Assembly (NCBI RefSeq): GCF_037042905.1
Contig: NC_087257.1
Coordinates: 28,768,001 to 28,832,000 of the forward strand
DNA length: 64,000 bases
Direction: 5' to 3'
Origin: Lytechinus pictus
Lineage: Eukaryota
The position numbers and the translations under genes were made by a program. The notes under the pieces were generated by a model. The model searched no databases. It had not been told where the DNA came from and saw nothing but the letters and a program-made list of their open reading frames with translations. Positions 49,901 to 63,348 of the stretch are shown here, piece after piece (the first letter of the stretch is position 1; each line of letters starts with the position of its first letter).

Positions 49901-52900
49901 TCTACCAAGTGGGTAAGATCATACCTGTATGTCAAATAGTCAGTGCAGAGACCAATTACATGTAATTCACTTTTTTTATAAATAATTATCAATTGAAATA
50001 ACATGTTTTGGAAAGGAACAATAAATTTCAACATTGTATGATTTACTGAAAGGAAAAGTCAAGCTAAAAAAAGGTCCAATTTACACTGTACAAAAGAGAG
50101 TGTTTAGCAAAGGATTGTAAACTTATGGTTAAGTACTTAATGAAAATACCATATTGAGCATTCTTTAGAGTGGATACGAGCACTTTAATAGATTTCATAT
50201 TCCATTTAAAAAAATCAATATTATTTAAAATCTAGCCAATAACATCAGCACTCTTTGCAAAAACTGAGATAGAGAGATTCATTCTTGAATCTTGCTACTA
50301 ATTTGAGTTTCTTGTGAAATTAATACACTTTATGAAAAATTGTTTAAAATATCTTGCAGGAATAGAGTTACGGTACTGAAGAAATCAAATTCAGATTTTC
50401 ATAAAATACACTGAAAGGAAAACAAGCAGAGAAAGAAGTTTGTTTCATAATTTTTTGACGTTCTATTAATATACAGGTCTGATTTTAATCAATAACAATA
50501 AATTAGATCAATGTATATAGAAAGTGATTTTATTCAAAACCAAATGTGTGCTCTTTAATAGTGGTCACACAATTTCCTTGCTGCATACACACTAGAATAA
50601 TGTGATGTCAAAAAACCTTTGTAGAAAATGAATGGTATACAAATTGCTTTTGAAGCCAGACTGTTTCCTTGTTAAGGAGTGGAATTACCCAAGGCATGAA
50701 TTTAAACATACTATTGAATCAATTGAACATAAAAACCTATACAATTCAACCAACAAATGTATATGTTGTCTCACATTTACTACAGGGGTAGCACCAGTGC
50801 ATTTCATATGGGGGGGGGGGGACTTTTATTTTCAAATCAGTAAAAAAAACTCAGGTACTAATAATATTGCATTATACATGTATAACCCGATCCTCTCCCG
50901 TCTCTCTTCGCCATTCCTTTTCTTCTTCATTTCTTTGTACCCCCCCCCCTCTTCTTATACCACTATTTGAAAATCAATTCCCCCAATAATACTGCCCTAG
51001 TTTGCTAAAATTCATGATACCTTTATTAGGCCAAACATCGATGACACATTTGTGAACTGTATTCTGTCATCCCATCACAAAAGGAAGCAACTCTGCTTAT
51101 TTTATTTCTTCAATATTAACCTTTTTTTCTTGATTTGGAATATTGCCTGTTTGCTCTACATACATAAAAGGCATTGGAGTCCCACAGTCACCAATTTCTG
51201 AAATGAAGTTGTTTCAAAATCAAGTAACTCTATATATTTCCACATAAAATGACAAATTTTCCTCATTTATTAAGAATCTCATTCCACGGAGTTGCTTCCT
51301 TTTGTCATTGGACGGCACTATTATGATAACAAAGGAACACAAATAATCCCAGTGAATGGGGAAAGGAGGAAGTGAAAACAGCAAAGTGTCTAGAAGTTGA
51401 GACGTTGCATTATAAGACATACATGAATATATATTAATAGAGTCTGGTCTTATAGTACAATAATATGATCTTTGGTCATGTGTAAATGAAATCATAAAGG
51501 AGGGGGGGGGGTTCTGTGAATACATTACAAGTTTGAAGAAAAAAAAATGTGGTGAATACATTAACATATGTATGTACATGTATTGTATCCAATAATAGTG
51601 AGATAAAGATATAATGGTGTATCATATACACTGGAAATGTTAATTGAATAGAAAAGTATTCATAAGTATTCATTGAATGGTGTATAATATAAATCAAGCC
51701 TTATTGCCCACTCCCCATTAAAAATTGAAATTGAAAAAAAAAATTAAATCTTAAAAATCATTAAAAGTACTCTAAATGAATTTGGATTCAAAGTTGTAGT
51801 TGAATGTACATGTATGGCATATATATTAAAAATGCTTTGACATTTTCAATGTTCTGATACAGCCCAAGTTGCCGAACAAAAACGTAGAATTACAGTTCAT
51901 GAACACACATTGCACATAATTATTTGAAGATGATTTTCTAGATGCCCACATGAACTCCTTTCATTATAATTTGTGCTATTCTTAAGCATTTCATGGCTCC
52001 ACAACTACTTTCATCCCAGCGGATGAGACAGCAAAAAAGACTCCTGAAATAACAACTTTTTGCTGCCTCATAACCAATTGGATTTGCTCAGAAACAAGTC
52101 AGAAGGTGGCTGCATGTCATACCTGGGCCCCGTCTTACAAAGAGTTATGAATGATCCAATCAACCACAACTATGGAAAGCCAGCAATGTCAACATATAAA
52201 ATACATGCTTCTTCAAAATATTTTCTAGTTATGAGGTATATTCATACACTGTTTTCTTGACAATTCAGTATGCTTCTCTTTGTTTTCAAAAGAAATTGTG
52301 CAAATTACCTAAAGAAAAAAATTATGACATTGATGGATTTCCATATATATTTCAGATTGATCAGATAAATCGTAACTCTTTGTAAGACGGGGCCCAGGGC
52401 GTCATCTAACACTGGGCCCCGTCTTACAAAGAGTTACGATTTATTCGATCAACCTCAACTGTATGGAAATCCATCAATGTCACAATTTTTTTACAGAAAA
52501 TTAGCGCAATATCCTTCGTAAGCAAAGAGAAGCACACTGAATTTTCACAAAAAAACATGAATGTATGAATATACAGCATATCAAGAAATATTTGGAACAT
52601 GCATTTTAGATGTTGATGCTGTTGGCCATCCATAGTTGTGGTTGATCGGATCAATTGCAATTCTATGTAAGACGAGGCCCAGGCCTCCAGACTCCTCCTT
52701 TAGTTCGTGTGTTCAGCCTCTGTCTCTCAATGACAACATTCATGATTGACTTGGATACTTACTTTGTCTATTTGGTTGTTTGCTTGGATATGTCTTTTGT
52801 GTCTTCTTGAAAGATGGTGGATTAGGGAAGCGTGAGGATGACTTAAAATTGAACCGACCTTCAAAATCATCTGAGAGAGAGAGAGGGGGGGGGGGAGAGA

Positions 52901-55900
52901 AAAAATGGAAATAAATAAAATGTCCATCTGATTATTTGGTATACAATTCAGCTTTTTTGTAATGGTGGAAATACAACAAATTCATATAGCATGCAAGAAT
53001 TGAATAATATTGGTCCATTGAAATAAAACAACTAAAAAATATTGAACGCAGCTCAAAATATAAAAAGCATTCCATAAAATAGTTTTACTCTTGGAATTGC
53101 AATTCTTCCTAAAAATAAAATACCATACTTATTTAAAAAATCATTTGCCATGTATAGAAGAAAGCAAAATAAACCTTGATAAAATGAACATGTGGACACT
53201 TCATACTGTGGGCTCCAGTGTACCACTGAGGTCTTATTAATTATGAACTGGTGCTTCACAAGTGGTTCCATGACAATTGCTCTGCTCTAAATTCCACACA
53301 CCAATCAAATGACCAACTTCAACCCTGGGCTTAACACTATACCCTACCCTTAACCATTAAACATAGAACCCTATGGCAACCCTCACCCAAATCCTACATC
53401 TTAGACAAAATTAAGCCTGGAGCAATTGTCGCAGGAGCAAATGTCGTGTCACTACACAACCAATCCCATTTTAGAAGCATTTTAAAGAACAAAGAATTGT
53501 TATCTGCCAGGTATCCACCTCACCTGGGTATAGTGTGGCAATTACCAAAAACAATTTAGTTATTTCTACAAAATTTGAACCCGCACCTTGGGAACAAACT
53601 ACAGAACCTAAGATTTTTTTTCCTAATAATTATCTGCCCATTTGAATTAATATTGTTTCGGTGTTGGGTACGCTATTAAACAATGTATGCAATCTTCACA
53701 GTTCGGTATTTAATATATCTGAATATTGAAACACCTGTATATTTGACCTTGGGTGGGAACAGTCAAACGACTATTAATTAATACTTGGATACCACTTTGT
53801 TTGCTACCATTCGTATACACTGACGGTACATGTACACGTATATACAATAGAAATTAATATTCACAGTGCTGCATTGTTTTCTTTTAATTTTGCATATGTG
53901 ATTGACAATACAGACCTTTTATATGCAATAATATTGCATATTTGGTCCGTTATCATATCCATGTACATGTAGATGCACGGAAATACCTCCTTGCTTCTAC
54001 AGTACAGTTTAAAAAACGTTTATTAAAACACATTGCTTGGAAACTTCTCTTGATAATTCCCTTAATTTTTAAATTCAATAACATGCATGACTAACAAAAT
54101 AAAAACACACATTTGAAATAAGCAATAATCAATAAACCATGAGTTAGTAATTAGTATAGATTAGAAATATTTTTATTCTGAATATTAAGATCATAGCTGT
54201 AAAAATGTACAACCTTTGCAGTTTGAGATCCTTGAACTATTGATAATCAATGCTAAATATTCAAAAAATATTGACGCAATCACAAAAAGAAACAGAAGAG
54301 ATTTATTCAAAGGATAACACTGTATTGAGGAGAGAAAAAAAAACTATTGTTGTGATGCACAATGTTACCTAATTCCTGTAATTCAAACAGAAAATTTCAT
54401 TTGAACTCAATGAAAATACATGGGGACTCTTCTCATTTGTTATAAATTTCTAATTTATCGGGGGGGGGGGGGGGGAGGGGTCATCCGTGATATCTGGCAC
54501 CCTTCTCAATGAGTTGACTAGATTAATACACCAGCCTGATACATGTACACAGTATTTCTGGCACTTTCACAAAAAAGGGATTACAAATGATCACAATGGA
54601 CGGTGATAACCAATGTAAAAAGGGGTAGTAGGAAACTGATATAGACGAAATGACTCATTTATTCCATTGTTCATGTACATGTACTTATTAAGTATTTCCT
54701 CGAGGTGTTAATGCACATTGGCAAAAGTCCTGCATCTGACTTTATGTGAATGTGGCAATAATGACTACATTAATGCCACATATATCACTTCAATTGAACT
54801 GAGGTAGCCTCAATAGGGAAAAAATCTGAGTATTATGTTGTAAGAGTACTTGCCATAAAATGTATTTATAGGCCTGTAACAGAATTGGATTATAACCCTT
54901 TCCTACCCCCCCCCCCCTCCCACAATTTGAGTGACTGGGGAAACGTAAAGCAGCTACATATACAAATAAAAGTTGCATCAAACTTGCTTTTTTTTTAGTA
55001 CTGTGTACTGCCTAAACTGCCTGGCCTGTATTCTTAAGTCAGGTTTAACTTATACCATGGTCTAACTCTGTGCTAAAATTATGGGAAGCCAAAAGTGTCA
55101 GAATTCTTATTCAGTTGTATGTTTCTTATGTTTTCTGTGCTCTTTCCCGATTCATCGATGGTGAAGAAAATCATCTTTTTATACTTTCTAGACAATTATG
55201 AATGATTTGAGAGCCAAATGAGCTGAAATATGGTATTTCTACTGTTAGTTATTTATGTAACAATTGGCTATCCATACTTAAACCACAACTTTAAACTTGA
55301 GTTTAAGTTAAACCCGACTACAGAATAAGGGCCTCTGTGTTATAGTTGTTTTCTTTAATTTTCAGAAGGGAATATCTTGTGTTTTAAATAATCATACCAA
55401 TTTTAGTAATATTTTTCTTAATAGCATTTGGCAAAGTAATAGTAATAAAATTAGTTTATGATACCATGTGAGGCTGCCTAACACAGCAAACGCATCTGGC
55501 ATCAGGCTACAGGATTTTTCCTGACAAAGTTAAAGCCTTCAAAGGGTTCAAATGGATCTAATGTATGGCAAACCCCTTCCACTGTAAGGCTAACCAGTAC
55601 ACTGCAAACAATTGCATTTTTTTTAATGGGAAAATAGTTTGGGCAAGGTAGTCAGAATTTTGCTAAAGATAAAATAAGTTCATACTGATCGAGTATTTTA
55701 GCCAGGTAAGCCAGTCAATGAAAGTAAATTAGGTCGGTGCCAAAAGTAAACAACAGGATATACAAGAAAATTTTAGTCTTTCAAATATTTCACTTTGTAA
55801 AAATCATTTGACTTTTTGACCTAATTTCTACACTTGTGAGGAAAAAGAAACAAAAAAACATTGCAAAATACACTCGCATGTACAGGTGCCTGTAAAATCA

Positions 55901-56685
55901 AAATGATTTGGGGGAAACCCTTTTTTTTTTCTTTTTCAAATCATGCTTTGCATAATTCTACTTCCCGAGGGTGTTTACAGTACATACATGTACTCTCCAC
56001 TCATTACACAATGGTATTCTTTTGGGTTACCATTATTCATCCAAGTCTTGTGAGTCTAAAGTTCATAATATGCAAACATTTCAAAGTTTAACATATTTTG
56101 CAATGGCCTTGGCTATAAACAGAGACTACTTCCACTCTAAATTCCAAGGATTTAAAATAAATCCAAATCAGATGCGGATAGTGACCAGCCAAATGTTGGA
56201 TTTATTCTAAATCTTTAGGATTAACTTTCAAATCTCAAAAGATTTATATTCAAATCGACAAGGATTGTAGTAAACTAAATCTAATATTCAGCTGGTCACT
56301 ATATTCACAGCCGATCTAGATTTTAAATCCTTGGAAATTGGAGTGTATGCCTCCGCTTATTAAATTAAATGATAATTTTTTTTCTATATTGAAAATTTTT
56401 TATTTCAATAATTATGTAGATGTTATACTTCAAATATTCATGACTGCATTATGTATTTCATAGGCGCTAAAATCAACATCAGTGATAATCTGGTGTACAT
56501 ATCACTACCCACAAAAAAGGATACCCAGTCATTCCTAAAGTTGCATCTTACAAATAGTTTTATAAAACACCTAGCCGTACGATGAACCTACCTGAGCTGC
56601 TGGCGGAAGATGCCTGCGCAACACCGTACATATTGCCATACCCATTGTACCCGTTGAAACCCCATCGTCGATTCCCACTTGTCAT
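46947..56685 (-). CDS. WIPF: WAS/WASL-interacting protein family (WIP/verprolin) gene, 3' exons; includes an ATG-bearing candidate alternative first exon
   Basis: Core exon 52870-52763 (tctctctcag|AT...A|gtaagt, phase 1-1) encodes (D)DFEGRFNFKSSSRFPNPPSFKKTQKTYPSKQPNRQ, matching the WIP WASP-binding domain (human [31 protein letters not shown]). Phase-compatible exons: 56685-56592 (ATG...G|gtaggt), 48751-48704 (48 nt) and a terminal exon from 46951 (ttttttctgtag|CT TAG) with a long AT-rich 3' UTR. The core exon is confident; the flanking exons are less so. Confidence 0.7.
49200..49312. repeat. (AAT)n-rich microsatellite
   Basis: Direct reading. Confidence 0.85.
52123..52682. mobile_element. 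Two MITE family B copies in opposite orientation, 14 bp apart
   Basis: Copy 1 at 52123-52397 and copy 2 at 52412-52682, each bounded by CTGGGCCCCGTCTTACA / TGTAAGACG.GGCCCAG. Internal sequences are reverse complements of each other. Confidence 0.9.
52763..52870 (-). CDS. WIPF: WIP WASP-binding-domain exon
   Basis: Strong acceptor and GTAAGT donor; FE.RF.F and KTYPSK motifs. The ORF track shows a different frame over this exon. Confidence 0.88.
55023..55333. mobile_element. MITE family C, most intact copy
   Basis: GGCCTGTATTCTTAAGTCAGGTTTAACTTA...TAAGTTAAACCCGACTACAGAATAAGGGCC. Confidence 0.85.
56133..56345. mobile_element. CACT-terminated MITE
   Basis: CACTCTAAATTCCAAGGATTTAAAAT...ATTTTAAATCCTTGGAAATTGGAGTG. 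Confidence 0.7.
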
Positions 56686-56689
56686 GGTG

Positions 56690-57250
56690 CCCAACTCTGT
56701 ACAACCTTGTCAAGACCAGAGGATTCAGTCACTGCTCCAAACCAAAAACAAACCCCTCCACTTCAATATTAATCCACTAATTCCAGAATATCATGGGGAC
56801 TTCAGAAAGCAAAGCCCGAACTCTTTTTCACGGTGCGATGCAGAGGATCAGAAATTTTCCTTGTGAGATACCTTGACATGCAAGGAGCAATCACTATGAG
56901 AGGTTACGAAACGGTCTTCTGCAGTGCCGTCTGATGCTGTAGTGTAGGATCATTAGTGTTTCCTAGAACGTACAGTACATGTCCAATCAACCCAGGCTGA
57001 CCTAACAGGAAGTGCAAGGGGGACAGCATGACGTGTAGCTGGGGGCGACTCAACCGACCCACGCAAGGATTGGATGGGAGTTTGTGCCAGCTGACATCGA
57101 CGTTCAGAGCTGACAGCTGCTAATTAGACGGCGTTAGGCTTGTCACACAACAAGTGTCTCAATTCAGATACAATGCATTTGCCGCGATACCCGATGGCAC
57201 AGAGTCACAATACAAGCAAACCTGTATGGATGCACGCTCCCCAAGGTGAA
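56690..57250 (-). promoter_or_regulatory. Candidate internal promoter/5' UTR for the short WIP isoform
   Basis: Local CpG/GC-richer island in an otherwise CpG-poor intron. CCAAT boxes (~56983, ~57069), ETS-like CAGGAAGT (~57006) and TGACGT (~57029), directly upstream of the ATG exon. Confidence 0.45.
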
Positions 57251-58181
57251 TTGTTTTCTTGGGTGCCTTGTATGAGGAAAGCCCACTAATTAGTGCAAAT
57301 AAACGATGCCATGTGTTGGCTGTTTAAGGTCAAGTACAGAGGGATCGCTCTGAACAAAAGTGTGAAAGCGTAGTAACTGACACTGTTCATCTACATGTCC
57401 ATCAAAAATTGGCCAGTCATCAATAATTGTATCATTTTTCAAACTGAAAAAAAAAAAAGTTATTTCTGCTAATTTGGCCTTCTGTATTATAAAGTCAAAT
57501 AATCGCGTAAAACGTCATAGCAGTTTCCAAGACCAGTAGCCTGTTCCAATACAACAATGGTATTACACTTTAATACTATCATAGCTACAATAGAATCCTA
57601 GATTGTGATTGGCTGCGGATCCCTGATACCATGGGACGTTGCTATGATAGCAATTAGCAAAGTTACCACACTTGTAACTCTTTTTCAGCAAAGCATCGTT
57701 ATTCAAACTCGAGTTTTACCCAATCCTAAGTATCAATTTGGTAAAAATGAAAAAGTGGCCCAAATCAACTAAAACTCAAGTACATTTTAAGCCAATAATT
57801 GGGTTGTTCCAGAATTAACAACCAAACTTGGGAGTGGACATTTTGATGAGTCTGAGAATGGATTTTATCCTTCTAATGAGCACTTTTCTCATCAAAAGCT
57901 ATATTTTCAATTAAAGTCAAAGGTACCGTATTAAACTCAAACTATATTCATAAATGTGACTTATGTGACAAATATTTAAATGGGAATAGTATTAGTGATA
58001 GTTCCAAAAAAAAGTTTGTACTTTGCAAATAACCCAAAAGTTTGCAACTGAGTCCCTGAGCATAAGTGAAGTACCCCCTCTTTAGCCAGAGTCACTATAG
58101 TCTATAAAGGGAAAGGTCATGCTTTTCATAAAGGAACACCACAAATACAATGCAAATACAAATCATTGAGAATAATAGAAG

Positions 58182-58920
58182 CATGGACCTATGAAGAGAT
58201 GGACGATTAACGCGAGCATTTCTTTGACCCAATGATAGTCACCGTCACCTGGTTATGCGCATCTTAATGAGAACATACAGGTGTTGTAACAATAGCAATT
58301 ACCATGACTACCAAGGGTATCTGATCACTCAAAGACGGAACAGTTTCCCGGTCTTGACTTTTGTTGGCTGATCCCCTGTTTCAGTATGTGCCTTTCAGTC
58401 AATTTGCTTCATATATGGATCAGCAAACTTGAGAAGCAGACGATTTTTATGATATAAAATATGATATTATTCGATCCGCTAACTACCGCTCACACATAAG
58501 GACCTCAATAACATTGAAAGATACACGATCTACACATGTTATGTGCCACGTATATCTGGAATATTATGGAGAAACTTGGGAAAATTGAATTTTAAATGGT
58601 AAACAATCAATCACAATATTGCCTCTATATCAAAATATGCAGACATTTCCCCAAATAAAACACATGGAACTAAGATTAACAAAGGTAAACAAAAACTGCA
58701 CATCGATTATCCATTATTTCATTGATTTTCTATCAACTGCGCATATAATTTGTGAAATATAAATGTCCAATAACGAACTAATTCAGTCCCTTCTCACGGT
58801 GACGATCATAGGACCAAAGAAGACTAGTATGAAGAGAATGTTATTCAGATGACAATTACCGTCACCTGTTAGTGAATTCATTATCTAAGCGATGAATGTC
58901 CATCTCTTCATAGGTCCATG
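58182..58920. mobile_element. Non-autonomous P-element-like DNA transposon, perfect 23-bp TIR, 7-bp TSD
   Basis: CATGGACCTATGAAGAGATGGAC at both ends (inverted). ATAGAAG at 58175-58181 and 58921-58927. Confidence 0.88.
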
Positions 58921-59744
58921 ATAGAAGGGATTGCTGTTCAATAAATTGCATAAGAGCAAAACTTTCTTTATGAATTTACAATAATTTGTGTGCAGTGTAC
59001 AAAATCCAAACAACGTACTGTACACTGCATATTACATGTGCGTTTTGATATTAAAATGAAAATACAGAGTACAGTATACACATCTATGTGTGTTTGTTTA
59101 TCATTTTTTGTTTTCATGTGATTGTTGTTGTTTTTACATTGATAATGGGATTTCTTTTGTTCTTGATAATATAGTTGCCTATTTATTACACTTCCTTATT
59201 GCCTGTCTCCATGGTCTGTTGATTCTCTGTCAAAATAAATTTGATTACAGTTTTGCGACAATACAAAACATAAGGAATAAAAATAAGGAAGATAGCATTG
59301 TGGAACAGATATAATGGCATTGCAAATTGGTCTGAAATCAAGAATGACAAAGTGACATCACTACTATGAGCTATTGTCAGGAGTTTAACGGTGCATACCC
59401 TCAGTAAAAACATTCTATGATAATCTGAATTATCAGTCTACCACAGGTTAAAGGAAAATATGTAATGTAATGTACTGTACATGGAGCAAACTTGGAACAA
59501 AATGTTGAAACTTCTAAAAGACTTCTCTAATAACCAACTTATTGATCAAATCAAAGTAACACTGAAACATGTATGACCTGTCCTTGAGACGACGTTGTGA
59601 CAACCTCACACATTAAAATCTTTTAACAGATTTTCAAGTTCAACTTAAGCTTGTATCTACCATGATACTGACAGAGTGTGAAGCTGGAAAAGGTGAAAAC
59701 AATGAGTTGCTGTTGTGGCTGGGGGCAATGTTTTCTCCAGACTT

Positions 59745-59930
59745 GGTGGAATGTTTCATAAAGCTGTTGGTAAGTTAAGAGAGACTTTAAAAATGACTGG
59801 TAAACCTTTCTTACGTGCTAAATAATCAACAATGAACATTTAATGGTCAATATCATTTACCACAAGAAAGGATCACCAGTCGTTCTTAAAGACACTCTCA
59901 ACTTACGAACAGCTTTATGAAACAGCCCCC
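59745..59930. mobile_element. MITE family A
   Basis: Long TIR as in 63178-63348. Confidence 0.85.
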
Positions 59931-60379
59931 AGTTCATTCCATTGAATCCTTTATAACTTTGAATAAAGGTGATTTCACACTTCATGAATAACAGAATCAG
60001 TCAAATAATATTTCACATAGAAAGAGGAAGAGTGAAACATTGATGCAATTACATGGGTATTTAAACAAAACAGCTTTATTTCTTAGGTGGACTTGGTCAT
60101 TTTAAAGATACTACAATTTTAAGTACAGTATAAACTTAAGGCCTGAGTACTTCAAAAAAAGTTCTTACCATGAAAATAATACCAACTTTATTGCTACTTT
60201 TCAGTGGTCCAAAGTTCAACAGGTTAATAAAAAATGTAGTACAATATCATTTCTTGGGTATTCAATAACTACTGTACATGTACATACATATACACTGTAC
60301 AGTGATGTATATGTACATGTATACAACACTCAGCTTTTCGGAACGAGCCCTCGCTTTATTGAAGTAAAATTTGCAACGC

Positions 60380-61080
60380 ACTATAAAAGTGGTCTAAATT
60401 TAAAGCCTTCCCGGAATGCAACTTCATTGTATTCTGTGTAGCTTGTATTATACTGTAGTTTTCTTGTTGTTCCTTGTTGTTTAATGGGGAATCCAACCCA
60501 AATAAATACTTGTTTTTATAAGGAAAAAATAAATCAGACAAGTTGATAGGTGAAAGTTTGAACAATATTGGACAAACAACAAGAAAGTTATGAATTCTTA
60601 AAAGTTGTAAATATTGGTAATCACTATACCCATGGAGACTACAAATTGGCCGCATATAAGATGTCATTGTGATGTAAGGCAAGGAATACTCTTCCATGTA
60701 CTCCAATACATATTATGACTAAAATGTCATTTTTCCCAAAAGTTTTATTTCAAATTTTTCTTTCATGAGGACATTAAACAGTATACAACCTGGGTTATAT
60801 TTAGATTACTGCCCCAGGGGAATGGGTACTTTATAGGAGAAAACCACAAATCCCTGATAATAAAGTACAGGCCTATGGGAAAGTTGTCCTTGCCCCTTGT
60901 CATAATTTACTTACCCAGTTGCCAATTTGAAATCTCCATAGTATTAGTGATCTCAATTCTAAAGCAGCTATAACTTTTTTATTGCTTGTCTGATTTCTTT
61001 CAAACTTTCACCATTCTGTTTAATTTATTTTTCTCCTTCCCAACACAATATTCCATGGCCAAGGCCGGATTCCCCTTTAA
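60380..61080 (-). mobile_element. Kolobok-like non-autonomous element
   Basis: Ends GGATTCCCCT-TTAA; homologous to 38055-38283. The left boundary is uncertain. Confidence 0.65.
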
Positions 61081-61669
61081 GTTTCAATAGGGTCTGTGGC
61101 CGCAGACTACGAATATGACTCCTTGTTCCAGCAGAAGAAGCATTCATTTTTCAATGCAGCAAAGACATTGTCTCTTTGACACAAAAATACATCCATGGGC
61201 AATCATTCAAGGTCGCATCTCTTTCAATTCAATGATCCTTAATATCAGACATGCATTCAATGCAAATTCTACATAGAATTCACCCTTTTCACAGTCATAT
61301 GTTGAGCTTATTATTATCATTACATGCAAAGCATGGGTGTCTGCATCTTTGTTATGTTGACAATATTGACTTGTTAAAGTAAAGTGTATAGTGCCATGTC
61401 TGTAAACTATACATACTGTACATTACATGTACATGTACTGAGCACAGAATAAGTGTTTGTTAATTCAAAAATATAAAAAATAAAAGCAATTACAAACAAT
61501 GCACATAAAATAAGGAAAAAAGTTTTGACGATGTGAAATGATTATTTTGGCTGCCCTAATAGGGTAGTCATGCTAAAGCCGGGGTAATAGTATGCAACGC
61601 TCAGAAACATTTGTATTACAGTAAGTGCTATATAAATGTTGCATATCATTATTAATTATAATTTTATGT

Positions 61670-61964
61670 AATAATAATAATAGTCAGTTCTTGTACAGTG
61701 CATAACATATTTTGAATAACGTCTCTATGTGGTTCCAAAGGACTTGGATATTATTACCCTGGCTGTAGATCAAGCAGTTAGCTTCCAGCGCTCGGCATTT
61801 CAAGGAATAAATTCCTGCCAGGTACCCATTCACCTCACCTGGGTTGAGTGCAGCACAATGTGGATAAATTTCTTGCTGAAGGAAACTACGCCATGGCTGG
61901 GATTTGAACCCACGACCCTCTCCTTCAAAGTCCAGAGACTAATCCACTGGGCCACAAAACTCCA
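61670..61964 (-). mobile_element. tRNA-derived SINE, same family as 7691-7980
   Basis: Shared head, core and tail; the spurious ORFs at 7805 and 61729 translate almost identically. Confidence 0.85.
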
Positions 61965-62039
61965 TGTAATAAGATGAAAGTGAGGACATGACATCATTTA
62001 TACCCATGACGACATGCAACTCATGCATACCACGGAAAA

Positions 62040-62580
62040 ATGTTAATCTGAACCAATAGGGAAAAATCCAACAAGCATAACACTGACAATTTTATCAAAA
62101 TCGGATGTAAAATAAGAAAGTTATGACATTCTAAAGTTTCCCTTATTTTTCACAAAATAGTTATATGCACAAATCAGTGACATCGAAATGAATTATACAA
62201 TATTTCAATTTTTACAAATTTGACAAGATGCACCAAGTTGACTGAACCATAAAATGTTAAAATGTTAAATGGTAATTTCCGATGTTCAGGGAGGAATAAA
62301 GCTTTCCTTCACATGATGAGGGGAAATTTACATGTGGAATATTTCGTATTTCTATGAATAAAATACAAAAGAAATAGTGAGTGGGTGACATCATCAGTCC
62401 CCACATTAACATAAAGACCAGGATGTGCATATAACTGTTTTGTGAAATTAAGCGAAATTTGAAAATGTCATGAATTTCTTATTTCACATCCGATTTTGAT
62501 GAAATTTTCAGCGTTATGCTAGTTGGATTTTGCTCTTTTTATTCAAATCAACTTTTTGTTGGGATGAACTTGTCCTTTAA
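62040..62580. mobile_element. Kolobok-like MITE with long imperfect TIRs
   Basis: 62060-62170 is the reverse complement of ~62425-62532. The right end is TTGTCCT-TTAA. Confidence 0.7.
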
Positions 62581-63177
62581 AATTCAATGACTTTGTTTAT
62601 TTGTTTTCACATTGTGATGTATTTTTCAGTGTTTACTCAGTAAATTTCACCCTAATATCATTTTCAGCCCGGATTACCCCTTTTTCACTTACTGTGAAAA
62701 TGTCACATATAAATTTGTATGCAACATATCCCACTTTTAATATCAGAGATTCAAGAGAAAAGTACTGACTCTAACATATTCATTGTTTTTAAAATTATCA
62801 TACATGTACATGTATGTATCTAAAATGAAGTCATGAAGAATCTTCATGTTGGCTAGCTCTCCTTCCATTCAAAAAGATGATCTGTTCTACGGCAGGATAG
62901 CCACGTTAATTCAATTTTGCTGGAGAAAAATGTAATGAAATCCCCATCATTTTTCCAGATATATCTCTTTTTGGATAGCTTTCAAGAAGCAGGCTGACTG
63001 GCTTTTGACCTTTTGGTTATTACATTCAGGTAGGGGTTGGATGTAACAGAGCTTGCATCTTTGCACTTTTGCAGACAGGTAGTTTCAAGACACAAACATA
63101 TATATGGTTTTGCATATTTTCTTGTTGAAGTGTCAAATCCGAGTCTGTGCTTGCAGACTAGACCTTTTATTACCCTG

Positions 63178-63348
63178 GTGGGTGTTTCATAAAGCTGTTC
63201 GTAAGTTAAGAGAGACTTTAAGAATGACTGGTGACCCTTTCTTACACGCAAAACCATCGCTAATGAATATACCATTTGCCATAAGAAAGGATCACCAGTC
63301 GTTCTTAAAGTCACTCTTAACTTACGAACAGCTTTATGAAACACCCAC
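63178..63348. mobile_element. MITE family A, intact hairpin copy with CTG TSD (Harbinger-like)
   Basis: ~65-bp near-perfect TIR beginning GTGGGTGTTTCATAAAGCTGTTCGTAAGTTAAGAG; CTG at 63175-63177 and 63349-63351. Confidence 0.9.

Noticed and set aside
52727-52927. 66-aa ORF MDILF...ECCH
   Set aside because: Wrong frame. The real exon is 52870-52763 in another frame (WIP WBD).
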